Shown in pieces: positions 59,326 through 62,000 of a DNA stretch of 62,000 nucleotides (the first letter of the stretch is position 1; each line of letters opens with the position of its first letter). Source of the stretch: Wallemia ichthyophaga EXF-994 (taxonomy: Eukaryota > Fungi > Basidiomycota); assembly GCF_000400465.1 (NCBI RefSeq), contig NW_008806283.1:144001-206000 (forward strand), in the 5' to 3' direction. Under the pieces are notes generated by a model. The model saw only the letters and a list, made by a program, of their open reading frames with translations. It had not been told where the DNA came from and did not search any database. Position numbers and translations under genes: made by a program.

Positions 59326-60707
59326 TCATTGTTCACGCGCTAATGGATTTACAAGCATTTCACCGAATTTTATTAAACTGGATGTACCACGTGGTTCGTT
59401 CAGAAGGAGTGGAATCTTTGGAAAGTCAATTAGTGCTGATTGCGTAAAAATACGCTTACTTTAACAATGTGGAAGTCTTCTCCATATCTAATACACTCAT
59501 CAGCATTTGACGTTACACTCATCAAACACTCACAAGTCATCAGCTTCTGCAAGATATTTCTTTTGGGTGCCATCTCTTGCTAGACATCTATCGCAATTTG
59601 ATCGAGAGTTACCTTGATCGTCTTGTGGTAGCAAGAGGAGGTTGTTTATAACTATGTTGCTGGTATCTATGCCACTGATTGAGTGTTAGTAGCTTCAAGC
59701 ATAGTTGAAAGCACTCACTAAGTCGAAAGTTCTTGTATCAGACGCTCAGTTTCGTATATAGACAAGAACTCAGCAATACAGACACAAACAACTGGAGATG
59801 GTGCGATTAGAGTTAGTGAGGCATTAATTACCAATACTACTCACAAGTTGTCAAGTCAGCGTTCTCAGAAATAATCAGCTGTGAACGCGATCATAGCTCA
59901 ACTGACTCACCTTGAATTGGGTGTTGACTTCATCGATGGTAGTGCGCATACTCTCTAATTTAGCAAAAATATCCTCTTGGGCATTAGCTCCCCCTCCCAT
60001 CATACCGGTGAAGTTGTTGATCAGACCACCAAATCGACCAGACAAAGAGCTAATTTTCTCCAAAGCCTTGGACAGAACGGTTGGGAAAGATAAGAAACGT
60101 AAAGTGTGACCAGTAGGAGCAGTATCAAAAACGATACAGCTATATTGTTGAGAATTGACGTATTTCATAATCTCAGCGAATCCCATAGCCTCATCAACAC
60201 CTGGGATAGCGAATGCCAAATCTTGGACAAAGCTGTTCAAGCCATTTGAATCACTGTCTTCATTGCTCTGGACCATTTCAGTTAAGGCTGCAGAAGGATC
60301 GATTTCCATTGCGGATAAGTTGTCGAAACCGTTGACATTAGTTGCCTCTTTTGAGAATTTCTGATTAAAAGCATCTGAAAGGTTGTGTGCGGGGTCTGTT
60401 GACTGTAAATGCGTAAAGGTGCTTAGAAACTTGTTACGTTTGAGTGAAATATATAACTCACTATCAGCAAAACGCTTTCACGGGACTTTGCGAGCTGAAT
60501 AGCTAAAGAGCAAGACGTTGTAGTCTTACCGACACCACCTTTACCACCTAATTCAAAGATATAGACATTCACCGTCCTGATGCAAGTACTAACCACAGAA
60601 GATCCATTTGAGCGTCTAAGCTTGTTTAGTAAAGCGTCTTTAGAAAACTCAAATCTCACTTTGTTATTGACTACATTCTCAAGCGTTGGTGCAAACTCGT
60701 CTGCCAT
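59326..60707 (-). CDS. GET3: Tail-anchored protein targeting ATPase Get3/ASNA1 (ArsA family)
   Basis: P-loop [54 protein letters not shown] and final exons [19 protein letters not shown]. Many short introns. Confidence 0.95.
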
Positions 60708-60737
60708 TTTGATATTGCTGGTCAAGAATCAACTTCC

Positions 60738-62000
60738 ATGTCGCTTGTATTTCAGACTTTGAATTTATTGAGTGTGGAGAGGAACAGTTACGGCGTTAGA
60801 ACGGGCGATTACTTGAGATACAGGTGGGTATGTTTATATGCATGAAATGCCTTGTAACAGCGCATAGGAAACACTGTACTAGAAAGATCAATAAGCTGCG
60901 TAGAAATCTCAAGCTGACGAATGGAAAAGGCAAGAGATTCAATAAATGTACAGCAGAATCCATTCTCAGACAATCTGATATCAGAGTATTGGAATTGCTG
61001 CTCCTCTCTGCCGATAAATATTGGGCTGAGTCTCAAGAGAATAAAGACGCAACGAGCAAATTGAGAAGATCAGATCAATTTGCAAATGTCTTAATTGAGG
61101 CTTCTTCCAAGTTCGGTCTTCACTCCAGTGACACTGTTCAGTTGGAAATATATCACAAATTCATCCAAGGAAGCTACAATTTGAGTAAAAATAAGTTCCA
61201 CGACGCACTCAACTTATTGTCAATCTCTTACGTTTACCTCAAAAACCTTATTAACGCTGCACCTAATGATAAGATTAGGGCTTTGGGTGAAGGGTGGTTA
61301 GATGAGTTATCACCCAAAATTCGTTACTGCTCTTATCAAAGCGGGAACAAATCTACATCACATGAGATTGATAGAATAGCAAACGAGCATTCATCTTCTC
61401 ACTCGTTTGTTCAACTCGAGTACAGCCAAGAAGATAAGCCAACTAAAGTAAAGAACTTGACATGGCGTGGCAAGGAATTACGACTCACATCTGTTGACGT
61501 CGTTGAAGCCATACACAAGTTACAGTCTGTCATTGACAAGAAGTCTGGTAAATCAACCCAATCACTATCAAACTATGACGAAATTCTCAACACTTACACC
61601 AACGCGATAGAGATATCGCCTCAAGGTCTATTGAAGCAGGTCCTCACGTACAAAATGCTCGCTTTGAGATTAGAAAGAGATCTCAAAATCAACAACCAAC
61701 TCGAGTCAAACGAACCTGCAAAAAATAGATCAAAAGTTAAAGTTATCGATGGAATTATCTTCACATTAGAGCAATTACGTAATTTGCACATTGTTGAATC
61801 TGACGACTCGGATTTGAGTGGTTATGTTGAGACTAAAATCAGCTACCATCAAGCACTTAAGAATTACACCCTCGGTTTATCGCACTTGATGGCTCACAGC
61901 TATGGACCTTCTATCAGATTACTGGAGTCTTGCAAGTTCTACAACAGATCAGGATTAGAATTGTTGATGAGCCTTGATGAAAGCACCTTAAACCATTCTG
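60738..62000 (+). CDS. SRP68: Signal recognition particle subunit Srp68 (5' part, runs off window end); absent from ORF track
   Basis: ATG at 60738 gives MSLVFQTLNLLSVERNSYGVRTGDYLRY, then after an intron RKHCTRKINKLRRNL, and later WLDELSPKIRYCSY. The frame stays open to position 62000. Confidence 0.85.

Overview
This is a gene-dense fungal chromosome segment. The 45-60 nt GT-AG introns with CTRAC/CTRAT-like branch points, intergenic gaps often under 100 bp and basidiomycete-type gene sequences suggest a compact basidiomycete such as Wallemia; that is an inference, not verified. I support about 30 protein genes, several reconstructed by hand from small exons missing from the ORF track: PEP12 exon 1, SF3B5, FMC1, PET100, SRP68 and the CENP-L N-terminus. 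There is also one intron-containing tRNA-Gly(GCC). The main structural surprise is two separate pairs of long, near-identical inverted repeats, each bracketing a block of housekeeping genes. One is a 434/438-bp non-coding element (15160-15593 and 28786-29223) around about 13.2 kb. The other is a 1.2-kb duplicated Rds1/ferritin-like gene (about 47353-48563 and 57523-58733) around about 9 kb. Other notable items are a bipartite Cys-rich secreted precursor with Kex2/furin-type sites, a CENP-L/Fta1-like kinetochore gene, a RhoGAP-RGS-RhoGEF-RhoGEF cluster, head-to-head gene pairs with start codons only 24-31 bp apart (including GET3/SRP68), and a 2.8-kb AT-rich gene desert. All family assignments come from motif recognition by eye; no database searches were run.
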